Positions 47,520-57,549 of a stretch of DNA of 64,000 bases are shown here, piece by piece (positions within the stretch are counted from its first letter, which is position 1; each line of letters opens with the position of its first letter). The stretch comes from Dehalococcoidia bacterium. Lineage in GTDB: Bacteria; Chloroflexota; Dehalococcoidia; Bin125. Below the pieces are notes generated by a model. The model saw only the letters and a list, made by a program, of their open reading frames with translations, made no database searches and had not been told where the DNA came from. The translations under genes and the position numbers were made by a program. The stretch spans positions 128,001 to 192,000 of the forward strand of contig CAXXSR010000002.1 of the NCBI GenBank assembly GCA_963662615.2, in the 5' to 3' direction.

Positions 47520-50500
47520 GGCGGCGGTAGAGGCTGGGCAGGCGGCGGGGGAGCTGCTCGATGTCGCCGACGACTTCATAGCCCATGTCCGCACACATCT
47601 GCTTGAGATAGTCGTGGCCGGCGCGGTCGACGGTGAGGCAGAAGGGGACCATGCCCTGTCGGCGGGCCTCGGTGAGGGCCATTTTGGTGTCGTGGATGGC
47701 GTACTCCTTTTCGGTGCGGTCGCGCCCGTAGCCGTGGTCCTGGGGGCGGCCGTCCGAGAGGAGGACGAGGATCTTCACACGGGCGTGGGCCTGGTCCAGC
47801 TTGTAAATGCAGTGGCGGATGGCCGGGCCCATGCGGGTGGAGCGCACCGGGGCGATCTTGTCGATGCGCTCCTTGACGCGCTCACTGAAGAGCTCATCGA
47901 GGTCCTTGACCACGTAGAACTCCACGTTGTCGCGGCCGTAGCCGCTGAAGCCGTAGACGCCGTAGGTGTCGCCGATGGTTTCCAGCGCCTCGATGAGGAG
48001 GACGACGGCATCCTTCTCCAAGTCGATGATGCGCTTGCTGGGGGTGCGCGCCTCCTGGGCGCGTTTCTGCGCCCACCAGCTGAGGTATTTACGCGGATCG
48101 TCTTGGATGCGGTCGTCGCCGGGCCCGGAGGGGCGCTGGCGGGCGATCTCTTCATCGGTGCTGGCGGACATGTCGAGAAGGAGGGCGACGGCGACGTCGC
48201 GCTCGACCTTGTTGCGACGGTAGTAGAGCTTGCCGTCCGTCACCGCCTGGGCCTTGCGCTGGACGATCCATTCGATCACGGCGTCGAGGTCGTAGTCCTC
48301 GCCGTCCGGCAGCCGCTTGATCTTGCGGAACATCTCAGGCTTGAGCTGCTCGAACTGGCGGCGCGTCTCGTTGACCAAGCTGGAGTGCTCGGCCAGGGTG
48401 CGGTCGTAGTACGCGGCGCTGCCGGCCTCCAGCCGCACCTCTTGCACGCGGCACCAGCGGGGCTTGTAGTCGTTGGCGCGGAAGTCCCATTCGTCGTAGT
48501 AGTAGGAGCCCGTCAGCTCCGCGAGGGGTTCGTCACCGTCGTCGCCGGTGCTGCTGTCGTCGCGGGTCTGCCCGCCCTCTTGCCCCTGCTGCTGCTGCTG
48601 CGCTTGCTGGACCTCCTTCATGAGGTTGTCGAGGAAGAGGCCGGAGGACTCGGCGAGATCGCCGTCGACGATGTCGTCAAGGTCAATCTCCACGCTCTTC
48701 TCCAGCAGCTCTTGCAACTGCTCCTTGGTGAGCGGCGGGCCGGCGCCCTCCTCCGCGCCTCCTTGTGACTTGAGCCGCATGAGCAGCTGCACGAGTTCCG
48801 GCTTGAAATCGCCGCGGAAGTCGACGGGGGCCGGGCTCTCGTAGGGCTGCTCGCCGCCGCTGGGCGTGTAGGGCATGAACGGCTCATCCGGGGAGGCGGC
48901 GCCACCGCCGGCGGGGAGCGTTGCGCCGTCCGGCTCGCCGCCCTCGGCGACGGTTTCCGCCACCTGGTTCCACTCCGAGGTCTCCAGCTCCACGTTGGGA
49001 ACGCGGGCCAGCCAGTGGTAGAGCAGGACGGTGGCTTCAGCCGCATCTTCGACGGTGGCATCCTGGTGGCGGACGCGCTCAAGCGTGCGCAAGGGCTCGC
49101 GCATGATGTCGTGCAGCTCCGCCGGCCAGCGGATCTCGGCGTGCTCGTCCAAGCTGGCGCGGAGCAGGTTCTCGACCATGGCCTGACGGGCGGGCATGGT
49201 CTCCACGGGTTTGCGCCGTTCGGTCGCATCGCGTTGCAGGCGATTGAGCGACTTGCGGATGCCGGCATACTCGCGCTTGATGGCGGTGTCGATGCGAGTG
49301 TCCTCCACGATGGTGAAGATGTCGTGAGCGAGGCGGCGGTCCTCAAAGAGGTCGAAGAAGCGTTCCATCTCCGTCAACGGCGCCGGCTCGCGGGAGGCCG
49401 GGCGGCCGGCGGCGCGGCCCTGGTCGCCCCAGAGCCGTCCCGGCCGCTCATAGTCGAAGCCAAAGGAGCCAAACTCCAGGCGAGCCGCTTGGTGGGTGGC
49501 GAAGACTTTGTAGACGGCGAAGTTCTCCTCCTTGGACCGGCTCTGCTCCACGCTGGGCGGCAGGTAGATGGCGGTGCCCTCCGTGGTGGGGCTGCCTCCG
49601 TCCACCCAGCCCACGCCCTTCTCCGCCAGGCGCTCCAGCGACTGGACGGCGACGTCCGTGCCGGTGAGCGCCTTGCAGTACATGCGGATCAGATCGCTGA
49701 TCCGTTCCAGATCCACACGGGAGGAGAGGGCGTCGATGATCTCTTCGCCCTTGGATGATTCCAGACGGAAGTAAGCTTCGCCGCCGTCGACGCTGGCGGT
49801 CAGGATGGCAAGTCCGGAGGCTTGCCACTGCGCCAGATCCTCTGTGCGCAGGCGTCGGAGCGCTTCCGGCGCCGATTTGATGAACTCGATCGCTGCGACG
49901 CCCGAGTAGGGGACCAGCTCTTCCGACAGCTCGAGCAGCTTCCGGTGGCTCTCGCGATCCACCTCGGTGAGGGCCTGGGCGGCTTCCATGAAATAGGGGT
50001 GGCCGAGGCGGCCGACGGCGAGGGCGACGCGGCCCGTGAGCATGAGGAAGCGGGCACGCTGCTGGGCTTGGACCTGCCGGAGCAGGCCGGGACCGCGCTC
50101 GAAGTACACGCGCGCGTCCACCCAGGCCGTGTTGGCGACCACGGCGCCGAACTCCAAGAAGGGGGCACGGTCGGGGCGATCCAGTGCAGCGAGCACCCGG
50201 GGGGCCATGGTCAGGCAGGCGCTGGCCAGCTCGTAGGAGTGGCCCGAGAGCGCATCGATCAGCTCCACGAGCAGGCGCGTCTGACCAACGGGCAGATGCG
50301 GGAGCAGATCGGGACTGACTTCGAAGAACTGGGCGGCCAGGGAGCCGGACTTCCACGTCCCCTTGTAGAGGGAGCGGCCCTGCCCGGCCCAATCGTGCGC
50401 CTGCGTCACGGACAGGAAAGGCAGGGCGGCGGGGCTGACCCGGAAGTAGGCGCCGGCCAGCGCCGGCGACGCCTCCGCGAGGTCCGCGCCAATCTGACTC

Positions 50501-50757
50501 CATTCGCGGAAGCGGTCGAAGGGCAAGCGTTCCAGGACGGCCGGGCTGACGCGGAAGAACTCGCGGGCCGCCTCCCACGAGCGCAGGGAGGCGGCGGCGA
50601 TGTGGAGGCCGTCATGGCTCCAACTGCGCAGTTGCGTCGTCGAGAGCACGTTGAGCAGAGCCGGATGCGCGGTCTCGAATTCGCGGAAGAGGGCCGGCGG
50701 ATACGCGCCCAGGGCCTCCCGCATGCGGGCCAAGGTCGCTTCGTAGGATTCGGTCAT
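47509..50757 (-). CDS. CbbO/NorD-like VWA-domain protein with an N-terminal helical repeat region
   Basis: YDEWDF, LDAVI, MIDAS DMSAS..STRMGPAIRH..LSDGRP, PFCLTVD; 1082 aa. Confidence 0.88.
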   Translation of the reverse strand: MTESYEATLARMREALGAYPPALFREFETAHPALLNVLSTTQLRSWSHDGLHIAAASLRSWEAAREFFRVSPAVLERLPFDRFREWSQIGADLAEASPALAGAYFRVSPAALPFLSVTQAHDWAGQGRSLYKGTWKSGSLAAQFFEVSPDLLPHLPVGQTRLLVELIDALSGHSYELASACLTMAPRVLAALDRPDRAPFLEFGAVVANTAWVDARVYFERGPGLLRQVQAQQRARFLMLTGRVALAVGRLGHPYFMEAAQALTEVDRESHRKLLELSEELVPYSGVAAIEFIKSAPEALRRLRTEDLAQWQASGLAILTASVDGGEAYFRLESSKGEEIIDALSSRVDLERISDLIRMYCKALTGTDVAVQSLERLAEKGVGWVDGGSPTTEGTAIYLPPSVEQSRSKEENFAVYKVFATHQAARLEFGSFGFDYERPGRLWGDQGRAAGRPASREPAPLTEMERFFDLFEDRRLAHDIFTIVEDTRIDTAIKREYAGIRKSLNRLQRDATERRKPVETMPARQAMVENLLRASLDEHAEIRWPAELHDIMREPLRTLERVRHQDATVEDAAEATVLLYHWLARVPNVELETSEWNQVAETVAEGGEPDGATLPAGGGAASPDEPFMPYTPSGGEQPYESPAPVDFRGDFKPELVQLLMRLKSQGGAEEGAGPPLTKEQLQELLEKSVEIDLDDIVDGDLAESSGLFLDNLMKEVQQAQQQQQGQEGGQTRDDSSTGDDGDEPLAELTGSYYYDEWDFRANDYKPRWCRVQEVRLEAGSAAYYDRTLAEHSSLVNETRRQFEQLKPEMFRKIKRLPDGEDYDLDAVIEWIVQRKAQAVTDGKLYYRRNKVERDVAVALLLDMSASTDEEIARQRPSGPGDDRIQDDPRKYLSWWAQKRAQEARTPSKRIIDLEKDAVVLLIEALETIGDTYGVYGFSGYGRDNVEFYVVKDLDELFSERVKERIDKIAPVRSTRMGPAIRHCIYKLDQAHARVKILVLLSDGRPQDHGYGRDRTEKEYAIHDTKMALTEARRQGMVPFCLTVDRAGHDYLKQMCADMGYEVVGDIEQLPRRLPSLYRRLTR

Positions 50758-50941
50758 GGCCGCGATCTCAACTGCGACGCGCCTGCGGGCGCCGCGACAC
50801 CCTTGGCGATGATTACGCCTTCAGACATAGCTTCCCAACCAGCATATGCGCTGCGCGGGGGGGCCGGCGCACGGTGGCGGAGGGGGCAACGGTAGATCTC
50901 CGCTGGAGAAAGGGGACGGGACCGGTCAGCTAGGGGAGCGC

Positions 50942-51838
50942 TCATTCGAAGATGGAAGAGATGACCTCTTCAATGCTGCGCTGCACGTCGCTGTCGTCCG
51001 TGAGCGCCCAGGCGATCGCGACCTGGCAGGCGCGGCGGGGGGTGATCCCGGAGTTGATCAGCTTCCCGGCGTAGATGAGGAGGCGGGTGCTGGCGCCCTC
51101 GCTGAGGCCGTGCTCACGGAGGTGGCGCACCTTTTCACCCATCTTGGCGAGGTTGAGGGCATGATCGGCGTCGACGCCGGACTCGTGTGCGACGATCTCG
51201 GCTTCAACCTCGCGCGAGGGGTAGCGGAACTCAATAGCCACGAAGCGCTGGCGGGTGCTCTGCTTGAGGTCTTTGATGGCGCTCTGGTAGCCCGGGTTGA
51301 ACGAGATCACCAAGAGGAAGCCGTCCCGCGCTTGGATGATCTGCGACTTCTTCTCCACGGGCAAAATGCGGCGGTGGTCAGTGAGGGGATGGATGATGAC
51401 GGTGGTGTCCTTGCGCGCCTCCACCACTTCATCCAGGTAGCAGATGGCGCCCGCCTTGACGGCGCGGGTGAGGGGGCCGTCCAACCAGCGAGTTTCCTCG
51501 CCCTCCAGCAGATAGCGGCCGACCAGGTCGCTGGCGGTGAGGTCCTCGTGGCAGGCCACGGTGACTAGGGGCAGATTGCTCTCCTGTTCGATCTCCTTCT
51601 TGCCATCCCGGAACACCACGAGCGGGCGGGTGAGGTGGTAGGCCATGTACTCAATAAAGCGCGTCTTGCCGCAGCCGGTGGGGCCCTTGAGGAGAACGGG
51701 GATCTTGGACTCCCAGGCTGCCCGGAACAGCTCCACTTCGTCCCCAATGGGGACGTAGTAGGGCTCGGTCTCCAGGCGGAACTCTTCCACCGCCCAGGAG
51801 CGGTACTCTGCCAACACCTCGCCGGAAGTGGACGCCAT
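50942..51838 (-). CDS. CbbQ/NirQ/NorQ-family AAA+ ATPase
   Basis: [59 protein letters not shown]. Confidence 0.95.
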   Translation of the reverse strand: MASTSGEVLAEYRSWAVEEFRLETEPYYVPIGDEVELFRAAWESKIPVLLKGPTGCGKTRFIEYMAYHLTRPLVVFRDGKKEIEQESNLPLVTVACHEDLTASDLVGRYLLEGEETRWLDGPLTRAVKAGAICYLDEVVEARKDTTVIIHPLTDHRRILPVEKKSQIIQARDGFLLVISFNPGYQSAIKDLKQSTRQRFVAIEFRYPSREVEAEIVAHESGVDADHALNLAKMGEKVRHLREHGLSEGASTRLLIYAGKLINSGITPRRACQVAIAWALTDDSDVQRSIEEVISSIFE

Positions 51839-51853
51839 ATCCGCCGTCTCCGC

Positions 51854-52465
51854 CTAGCTCATCACCAGCAGCCGGCGCCGCAGGGCCCGCCAGGTTTCCA
51901 TCACTCGAACGCGCACTTCGTCTAGCGAGCAGTCCGTGCGGAGGACCACGTCGGCGTGGGCCTCACGCTCGGCGTTGGGCATCTGGGCCCGAATCCGGCG
52001 ATCCGCCTCTTCGTCGCTCCAGCCGTCGCGTTCCTTGAGACGCTCCCGTGCCACCGCGGGGGGGACGCTCAACACCCAAACCTCGTCCACCAGGTCGTAC
52101 CAGCCCGCCTCGATCAGCAGCGCGGCTTCCAACACCGCCACCTCCACTCCGCGACGGCGCAGCGCGGCGAGCTCCTCGGTCGCCAGTTTGCGGATAGCGG
52201 GCCAGACAAGGTCTGTCAATCGCCTCATCTGGTCCGGCCCGCCGAAGGCGAGGCCGCCCAAGGCCCGCCGATCGATGGCGCCGTCCGTGCCGACGATGCC
52301 GTCTCCGAAGGCATCGACGACGCGCCGGAACGTCTCGGTCCCCGGCGCATAGGCACGGTGCCCAAGCTGATCGGCGTCGATCACGGCGGCGCCGACTTCG
52401 GCGAGCATCGCGGTGACGGTGGATTTGCCGGAGGCGATGCCGCCGGTCACACCAACCGAGCGCAT
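51854..52465 (-). CDS. coaE: Dephospho-CoA kinase
   Basis: GVTGGIASGKST, IDAD, IDRRALG, EAALLIE, RIRAQ. Confidence 0.95.
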   Translation of the reverse strand: MRSVGVTGGIASGKSTVTAMLAEVGAAVIDADQLGHRAYAPGTETFRRVVDAFGDGIVGTDGAIDRRALGGLAFGGPDQMRRLTDLVWPAIRKLATEELAALRRRGVEVAVLEAALLIEAGWYDLVDEVWVLSVPPAVARERLKERDGWSDEEADRRIRAQMPNAEREAHADVVLRTDCSLDEVRVRVMETWRALRRRLLVMS

Positions 52466-52599
52466 CAGACGATCCCGATCAGGCAACAAACGAGGCCCGA
52501 TCCTCGGGCCTCGGGGCCATGCTAACAAGCCGTGATCTAGGCGGTCAAGCAAGGTCCGTCCTGGTACGAGGCCAGGTAGGAGAGGGGGACCTCCCGCAC

Positions 52600-52681
52600 C
52601 ATTGTTGAGCAGCCATTGTTGCCTAGGCATTGTTGACTCGCACTGTTTACTCGCATTGTTGACTGGGCCTTGTTTACTAGG
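52600..52681. repeat. Six degenerate 13-14-bp direct repeats (consensus CATTGTTGACT(C/A/G)G)
   Basis: Units start at 52600, 52614, 52628, 52641, 52654 and 52668 in the coaE/DinB divergent intergenic region. Confidence 0.85.
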
Positions 52682-52855
52682 AGGTCGGCGAGAGCGCGAA
52701 AGTTTGCTAGATTCGAGTGCAGGGCTTGGGGATGGGTCGCGCTTGGGGTCCGTCGCGATGGTGGAGGCTGCAGGTGGGTTTCGCCCCGGCGGACGGCCCG
52801 AACGGGACGAGCGTTTCGCGACAACGGCGCCGAGCAGCAGAGACGGGTCCAGGCG

Positions 52856-53329
52856 ATGACCGTTGAAGCGCAGAGCAGCACCGCCGACCTGGAAGAGGCG
52901 CGGGAAAAACTGATCCACAGCTTCGCTCCGCTTCCCGACGACCTCCTGGACGACGCGAACGTGGTGGGCACATGGAGCATCCACGAGTGTCTGGCACACA
53001 TCCTGGCCTGGGATGAGTGGGGCGAGAAAGCGCGGGGGGCGTTCGAGCGGGGCGAAGAGGCGGTCACCCCGGATGACGAGGCCATCAACGCAGCCGTGAA
53101 CGAGCGCCGCCGGCACTCCTCCGGCGCCGACGCGCAACGTCGCTTGCGGGCCGGGCGGCTGCCAATCGTGAGTTGGCTCGCGGCCATGAGCGACGCGGAA
53201 CGGTCGCAGCGGCGCTACGTGCTGGACCGACGGCGGATATCGGCGAACGACTTCGTTGACGGCTTCATTGAGCACGATCTGGAGCACGCCTGCGAGATCC
53301 GCGCCTGGCGCAAGACGAGAAGGCTGTAG
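52856..53329 (+). CDS. DinB/ClbS-like protein
   Basis: GTWSIHECLAHILAWD ... EHDLEHACEI. Confidence 0.8.
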   Translation: MTVEAQSSTADLEEAREKLIHSFAPLPDDLLDDANVVGTWSIHECLAHILAWDEWGEKARGAFERGEEAVTPDDEAINAAVNERRRHSSGADAQRRLRAGRLPIVSWLAAMSDAERSQRRYVLDRRRISANDFVDGFIEHDLEHACEIRAWRKTRRL

Positions 53330-53383
53330 CCGCAGGCTGCCCGCCATCGCCGCAAGGGACAGCAGCCTCGCGGAGGCGCGGCC

Positions 53384-54376
53384 CTAACTCTTCGCCATAA
53401 CTTTCTTGAAGGCTTCCTCCAGCGCCGGCAGGACCTTCTTGTAATCGTCCACGAGGCCGAAGCGAGCGAAGCGGAAGATGTTGGCGCCGGGGTCCTTGTT
53501 GATCGCCAGGATGTTCTTGCTGCCGCTGCAGCCTGCCATGTGCTGACTGGCGCCGCTGATGGCGACGGCGATGTAGAGGTTGGGCGAGACGACGGTGCCG
53601 GTCAGGCCCACCTGCTGGCTGGGCGGATACCAGCCCAGGTCACAGGCAGCGCGACTGGCGCCGACGGCCGCGCCCAGGATGGCCGCCAGCCGCTCCAGGT
53701 CGCCGAATGCCTCCGGTGCGCCCAGGCCACGACCGCCGGAGACGACGATGTCGGCGTCTTCCAGGCGCACGCCCTCCGCCTCCGCCGTCACCTTCTCGGT
53801 GACTGTGGCGCGGGCCTTCGCGACTTCCACCTCGATCGCCTCCACGGCGCCGGTGCGACCGGGATCTTGCGAGAGCGGCTCCTGCGACTTGGCACGCACG
53901 GTGATGACCTGCGGGTCCGTCAGCACGCTGACGACTTGGCGCGCGTTGCCGCCGTAGCAAGCGCGCGTGACGCGGACCCGGTCGCCGGCGACCGCGAGGT
54001 CGAGCGCGTCCATGGCGGCGGCGCTATCCAGGCGCGTGGCGAGCCGCGGCGCCAGATCCCGGCCCATGCTGGTCTGGCCCAAGAGGATCACGGTGGGGGC
54101 GGCGCGGCGGGCGATCTCCGCGGCGATGGGGAGGTAGGTCTCGATCTGGTATTGCGCGAGGCTGACGTGATCGGCGACGTAGACGGTGTTGGCACCGGCG
54201 GCAATGGCCACCTTGGCCGGAGTCTCCAGGTCGGCGCCGATGAGGGCGCAGGCGACCTCTCCACCGAGATCCGCGCTGAGGCGCACGGCCGCGCCCAGCA
54301 GCTCTTTCGTGATCGCCGCGAGCGCGCCCGCGGTCTCTGCGGAGGTGGCTTCGCCAATGACCAGCACGCTCGTCAT
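53384..54376 (-). CDS. etfA: Electron transfer flavoprotein alpha subunit
   Basis: VSGGRG, GASRAA, QVGLTG, ISGASQH.AG, AINKD. Confidence 0.96.
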   Translation of the reverse strand: MTSVLVIGEATSAETAGALAAITKELLGAAVRLSADLGGEVACALIGADLETPAKVAIAAGANTVYVADHVSLAQYQIETYLPIAAEIARRAAPTVILLGQTSMGRDLAPRLATRLDSAAAMDALDLAVAGDRVRVTRACYGGNARQVVSVLTDPQVITVRAKSQEPLSQDPGRTGAVEAIEVEVAKARATVTEKVTAEAEGVRLEDADIVVSGGRGLGAPEAFGDLERLAAILGAAVGASRAACDLGWYPPSQQVGLTGTVVSPNLYIAVAISGASQHMAGCSGSKNILAINKDPGANIFRFARFGLVDDYKKVLPALEEAFKKVMAKS

Positions 54377-54422
54377 GTCTGCCGTCCTGCGCGCTCAACG
54401 GCGGTCAAGCCCGTCGGCGGCG

Positions 54423-55226
54423 CTAGAGAATCTTCGCTTCCCGAAGTTTGCGCACAAGCAGATCCGCCTGCGCCTCCGCCGTGTCGGCCTTTATGAACTC
54501 GCACTCGGTCTCCGTCTTGGGCTGATAGAGCGCCTCCATCTTTACCCGCGCCCCGGCGGCGCCCACCTGGTCCGTCGCCAGGCCCAGGTCGGCGGGGCCC
54601 CAGACGGTGACCTGCTTGCGGGCGGCCTGCATGATCTGGCGGAGCTGCGGGTAGCGGGGATCGCCGAATTCGTTGCTGATGGTGAGCAGGCAGGGAGCGG
54701 GCAGGCGGACCGTCTCGAAGCCGTCCGCCACGACGCGCGAGGCGACGATGTGCTCGCCCTCAAGGGCGACGGCACGCAGGACTGTTACCGAGGGCAGATC
54801 AAGCAGCTCCGCCACGACGCTGCCCACGGCGCCCTGGTCGAAGTCAGCGGCTTGACGCCCGCAGAGGATCACGTCGGGGACGCCGATCTTCTCGATGGCC
54901 TTGGTGAGCGCGAGCGCGGTGGTCCAGCCGTCGCCGCCGTCGAAGGCGGGGTCGCTGAGCTGGTAGCCCTCGTCGGCGCCCATGGCGAGGGCCTGCTTGA
55001 CGACGTCGCGGGCGGACTCCGGGCCCAAGGAGAGGATGCGGATGGCGCCTTGGCCGGCGGCGTCACGGAGCTGCAGGGCGGCTTCCACCGCCTGCGCGTC
55101 GAAGGGGTTGATGACGGGATCAATCCCCGGCGCAGGGAGGAGCTTCATCGCCGCTTCATCCACCTTGAAAGCGGAGGCGGGCGCTTCAGGGTCCGGCACC
55201 TGCTTCACACAGACGATGAAGTCCAC
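54423..55226 (-). CDS. etfB: Electron transfer flavoprotein beta subunit
   Basis: IVCVKQVPD, NPFD..AVEAAL, ALAMGAD, GRQAADFDQG, PRYP; GTG start after AGGAGG. Confidence 0.95.
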   Translation of the reverse strand: MDFIVCVKQVPDPEAPASAFKVDEAAMKLLPAPGIDPVINPFDAQAVEAALQLRDAAGQGAIRILSLGPESARDVVKQALAMGADEGYQLSDPAFDGGDGWTTALALTKAIEKIGVPDVILCGRQAADFDQGAVGSVVAELLDLPSVTVLRAVALEGEHIVASRVVADGFETVRLPAPCLLTISNEFGDPRYPQLRQIMQAARKQVTVWGPADLGLATDQVGAAGARVKMEALYQPKTETECEFIKADTAEAQADLLVRKLREAKIL

Positions 55227-55401
55227 GCGGCAACCTCCTGGGGCCAAGAGGACCCGCTCCCGCGGGTCGTGGCGCTCGCCTGGGCGCGCGTATTCTCGGC
55301 GGGGAGCGGCGCTGACGCAATTGTGCGTGCGGTCCCGCGTGCGCGTGCGTCCGTCCCGGCCCTCAGGCCCGCTCCTCATCGCCTCCTGGGGCGGCTTTCC
55401 C

Positions 55402-57468
55402 TTAGGCGGGTTCCCCAGACGCGGGTTCTCCAGAAGCGGGTTCCCCGGACGTGACGGCGACTTCGAGGAGTTCGGCGACGTCGAAGACCGCCAGGCGGTC
55501 AGCCCCTTCCCGGCCTGCTTGCAGGCTGTCCACGCCGGCCTCCAGCATCTGGATGCAGAAGGGGCAGGCCGTGGCGACAGCGTCGGCGCCGGTGGCGATG
55601 GCTTCCTGGGTGCGGACTTCGTTGACGCGCTCGCGTCCGCCCTCGTCCATCCACATGGTGCCGCCGCCGGCGCCGCAGCAGAGGCCCTTTTCGCAGTTGC
55701 GCGGCATCTCGACGAGCGTGACGTTGGGGATGCGCTCCAGAACGCGGCGCGGCGGACTGTAGATGTCATTGTGGCGCCCCAGGTAGCAGGCGTCGTGGTA
55801 GGTGACGGTCCGCGCGACGCCGTTCTTGGGGACGAGCACGCCCTCCTGCATCAGCCGCTCCAGGAGCTGGGTGTGATGGATCACCTCGTAGGCGCCGCCG
55901 AGGTCAGGATATTCATTCTTGAACGTATTAAAGCAGTGGGGGCAGTTCGTGATGATCTTCTGGACGCCGCCCTCGTTGAACGTGGCGATGAGCTGCTGGG
56001 CGAGGATCTGGAAGAGGTATTCGTTGCCAAGGCGGCGGGCGGGGTCGCCGTTGCAGGTTTCCCCACCAGCGAGCACGCCGAAGGAGACGCCCGCCTGTCG
56101 CAGCAAGGTCGCGAGGGAACGCACCACGGGCTGGGCGCGGTCCACCAGCGCACCCGTGCAGCCGACGAAGTAGAGATACTCTTCCCGCCCCGTCCAGACG
56201 GGGACATCCAGCCCTTCCATCCAGGTCTCGCGCGTGAAGGGCGTCCCGCGCCAGGGGTGCCCTTGGCGCTCCAGCGTCTCGAGCGTGGCCTGCACGGTCT
56301 CGGGCATGCGCGCCTCATCCATGACGAGGTGGCGGCGCATATCGACGATGGTGGGGACGTGCTCAATGAAGACGGGACACGCCTCCATGCAAGCGCCGCA
56401 GGTGTAGCAGGCCCAGAGCTCCTCATCCGTGACAGCGTTGGGGATCATGGGCTGCGCCTCATCCGGGCTCAGGCGCGAGCGAAAGAGGCCGATGCCCTGC
56501 GGCTGCCGCTGCAGCTCCTGGCGCAGGTCATGCATGATCTTCTTGGGGGAGAGGGTCTTGCCGGTCATGCTGGCGGGACAGGCGTCCTCACAGCGGCCGC
56601 ACTCCGTGCAGGAGTAGGTGTCCAGCAACTGCTTCCAGGTGAAGTCATAGATGGCGCCGGCGCCGAACCGCTGCACGCTCTCAACATCGCCGCCCTGCAG
56701 GGCTGGGATGGGGAAGAGCGTGCCCGTGGGACGGAGGGAGCGGAGGTAAACGTTGGGCGCGGCGGTGATGACATGCAGGTGCTTGGAGAAGGGCAGGTAG
56801 GCCAGGAACGTCATCAAGATGAGAAGGTGGCTCCACCAGGCGACGATGTGGATCACGTCTAGGGCGCCGCGATCGATCCCGTCCAGGGCGCGGGAGATGG
56901 CGAAGCTGGCGTAGGAGGCCTCCTGCAGATCACGCCCGCCGAGGAGGGCGAGATCCGTTCCGTTGGTGAGGAGGTCGGCGATCATCAAGCCAGCGATCAG
57001 GCTGAGGATGCCGAGGGCGTCCCAGTTGAGCGTGAGGCGCGCCGGCTTCGTCACCAGCCTTCGGTAGAGGGCCATGGTGACGCCGACCAGCACCAGGACG
57101 TTGAAGGAGTCCATGACGGCGCCGTAGCCGGAGAAGACGTCGCCGAGGAGCGACTGCAACGAGGCGTCGCCATCGATGCCGTCGAGGAGGAAATTGATCG
57201 AGCGCAGGGCCAGGGTGACGAATCCCCAGAAGATTAGCGCGTGCAGGATGCCGCCATAGGGCTGGGTGAGCAGGCGTCGCTGGGCCAGGACGTAGACGAC
57301 GAACGCTCTGGCGCGCGCTCCAGGGTTGGCGAGGCGCGCGTCGGCTTTGGCGAAGCGGAAGAGGCCGAAGCGGTCGTAAAAGGCGAGCAAGAAGAGCGCG
57401 GCGAAGGCGAAGAGCGTGAGATAGAACAGCGCGATCTCTGGGAGTTCCTGCGTGGGGGCCGGGCTCAC
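55402..57468 (-). CDS. Membrane-anchored Fe-S oxidoreductase (FadF/HdrED-like)
   Basis: N-terminal TM helices with His, CTECGRC..CP, CYTCGAC..CP, CCG domains (HDACYLGR, CCGAGGG, ACPFC). Confidence 0.92.
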   Translation of the reverse strand: MSPAPTQELPEIALFYLTLFAFAALFLLAFYDRFGLFRFAKADARLANPGARARAFVVYVLAQRRLLTQPYGGILHALIFWGFVTLALRSINFLLDGIDGDASLQSLLGDVFSGYGAVMDSFNVLVLVGVTMALYRRLVTKPARLTLNWDALGILSLIAGLMIADLLTNGTDLALLGGRDLQEASYASFAISRALDGIDRGALDVIHIVAWWSHLLILMTFLAYLPFSKHLHVITAAPNVYLRSLRPTGTLFPIPALQGGDVESVQRFGAGAIYDFTWKQLLDTYSCTECGRCEDACPASMTGKTLSPKKIMHDLRQELQRQPQGIGLFRSRLSPDEAQPMIPNAVTDEELWACYTCGACMEACPVFIEHVPTIVDMRRHLVMDEARMPETVQATLETLERQGHPWRGTPFTRETWMEGLDVPVWTGREEYLYFVGCTGALVDRAQPVVRSLATLLRQAGVSFGVLAGGETCNGDPARRLGNEYLFQILAQQLIATFNEGGVQKIITNCPHCFNTFKNEYPDLGGAYEVIHHTQLLERLMQEGVLVPKNGVARTVTYHDACYLGRHNDIYSPPRRVLERIPNVTLVEMPRNCEKGLCCGAGGGTMWMDEGGRERVNEVRTQEAIATGADAVATACPFCIQMLEAGVDSLQAGREGADRLAVFDVAELLEVAVTSGEPASGEPASGEPA

Positions 57469-57549
57469 ATTCCGCTCCCTTCGCGAGCCGTGCCGACAGC
57501 GGAGTCGCGGTCGGTCCGGAGGGCGGCCCGGGGGGCGCTGCGCCGGGCG

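Noticed and set aside
47509-51838. Evidence for the Calvin cycle or denitrification
   Set aside because: The AAA+/VWA family assignment alone does not identify the client, and no rbcL or norB is present here.
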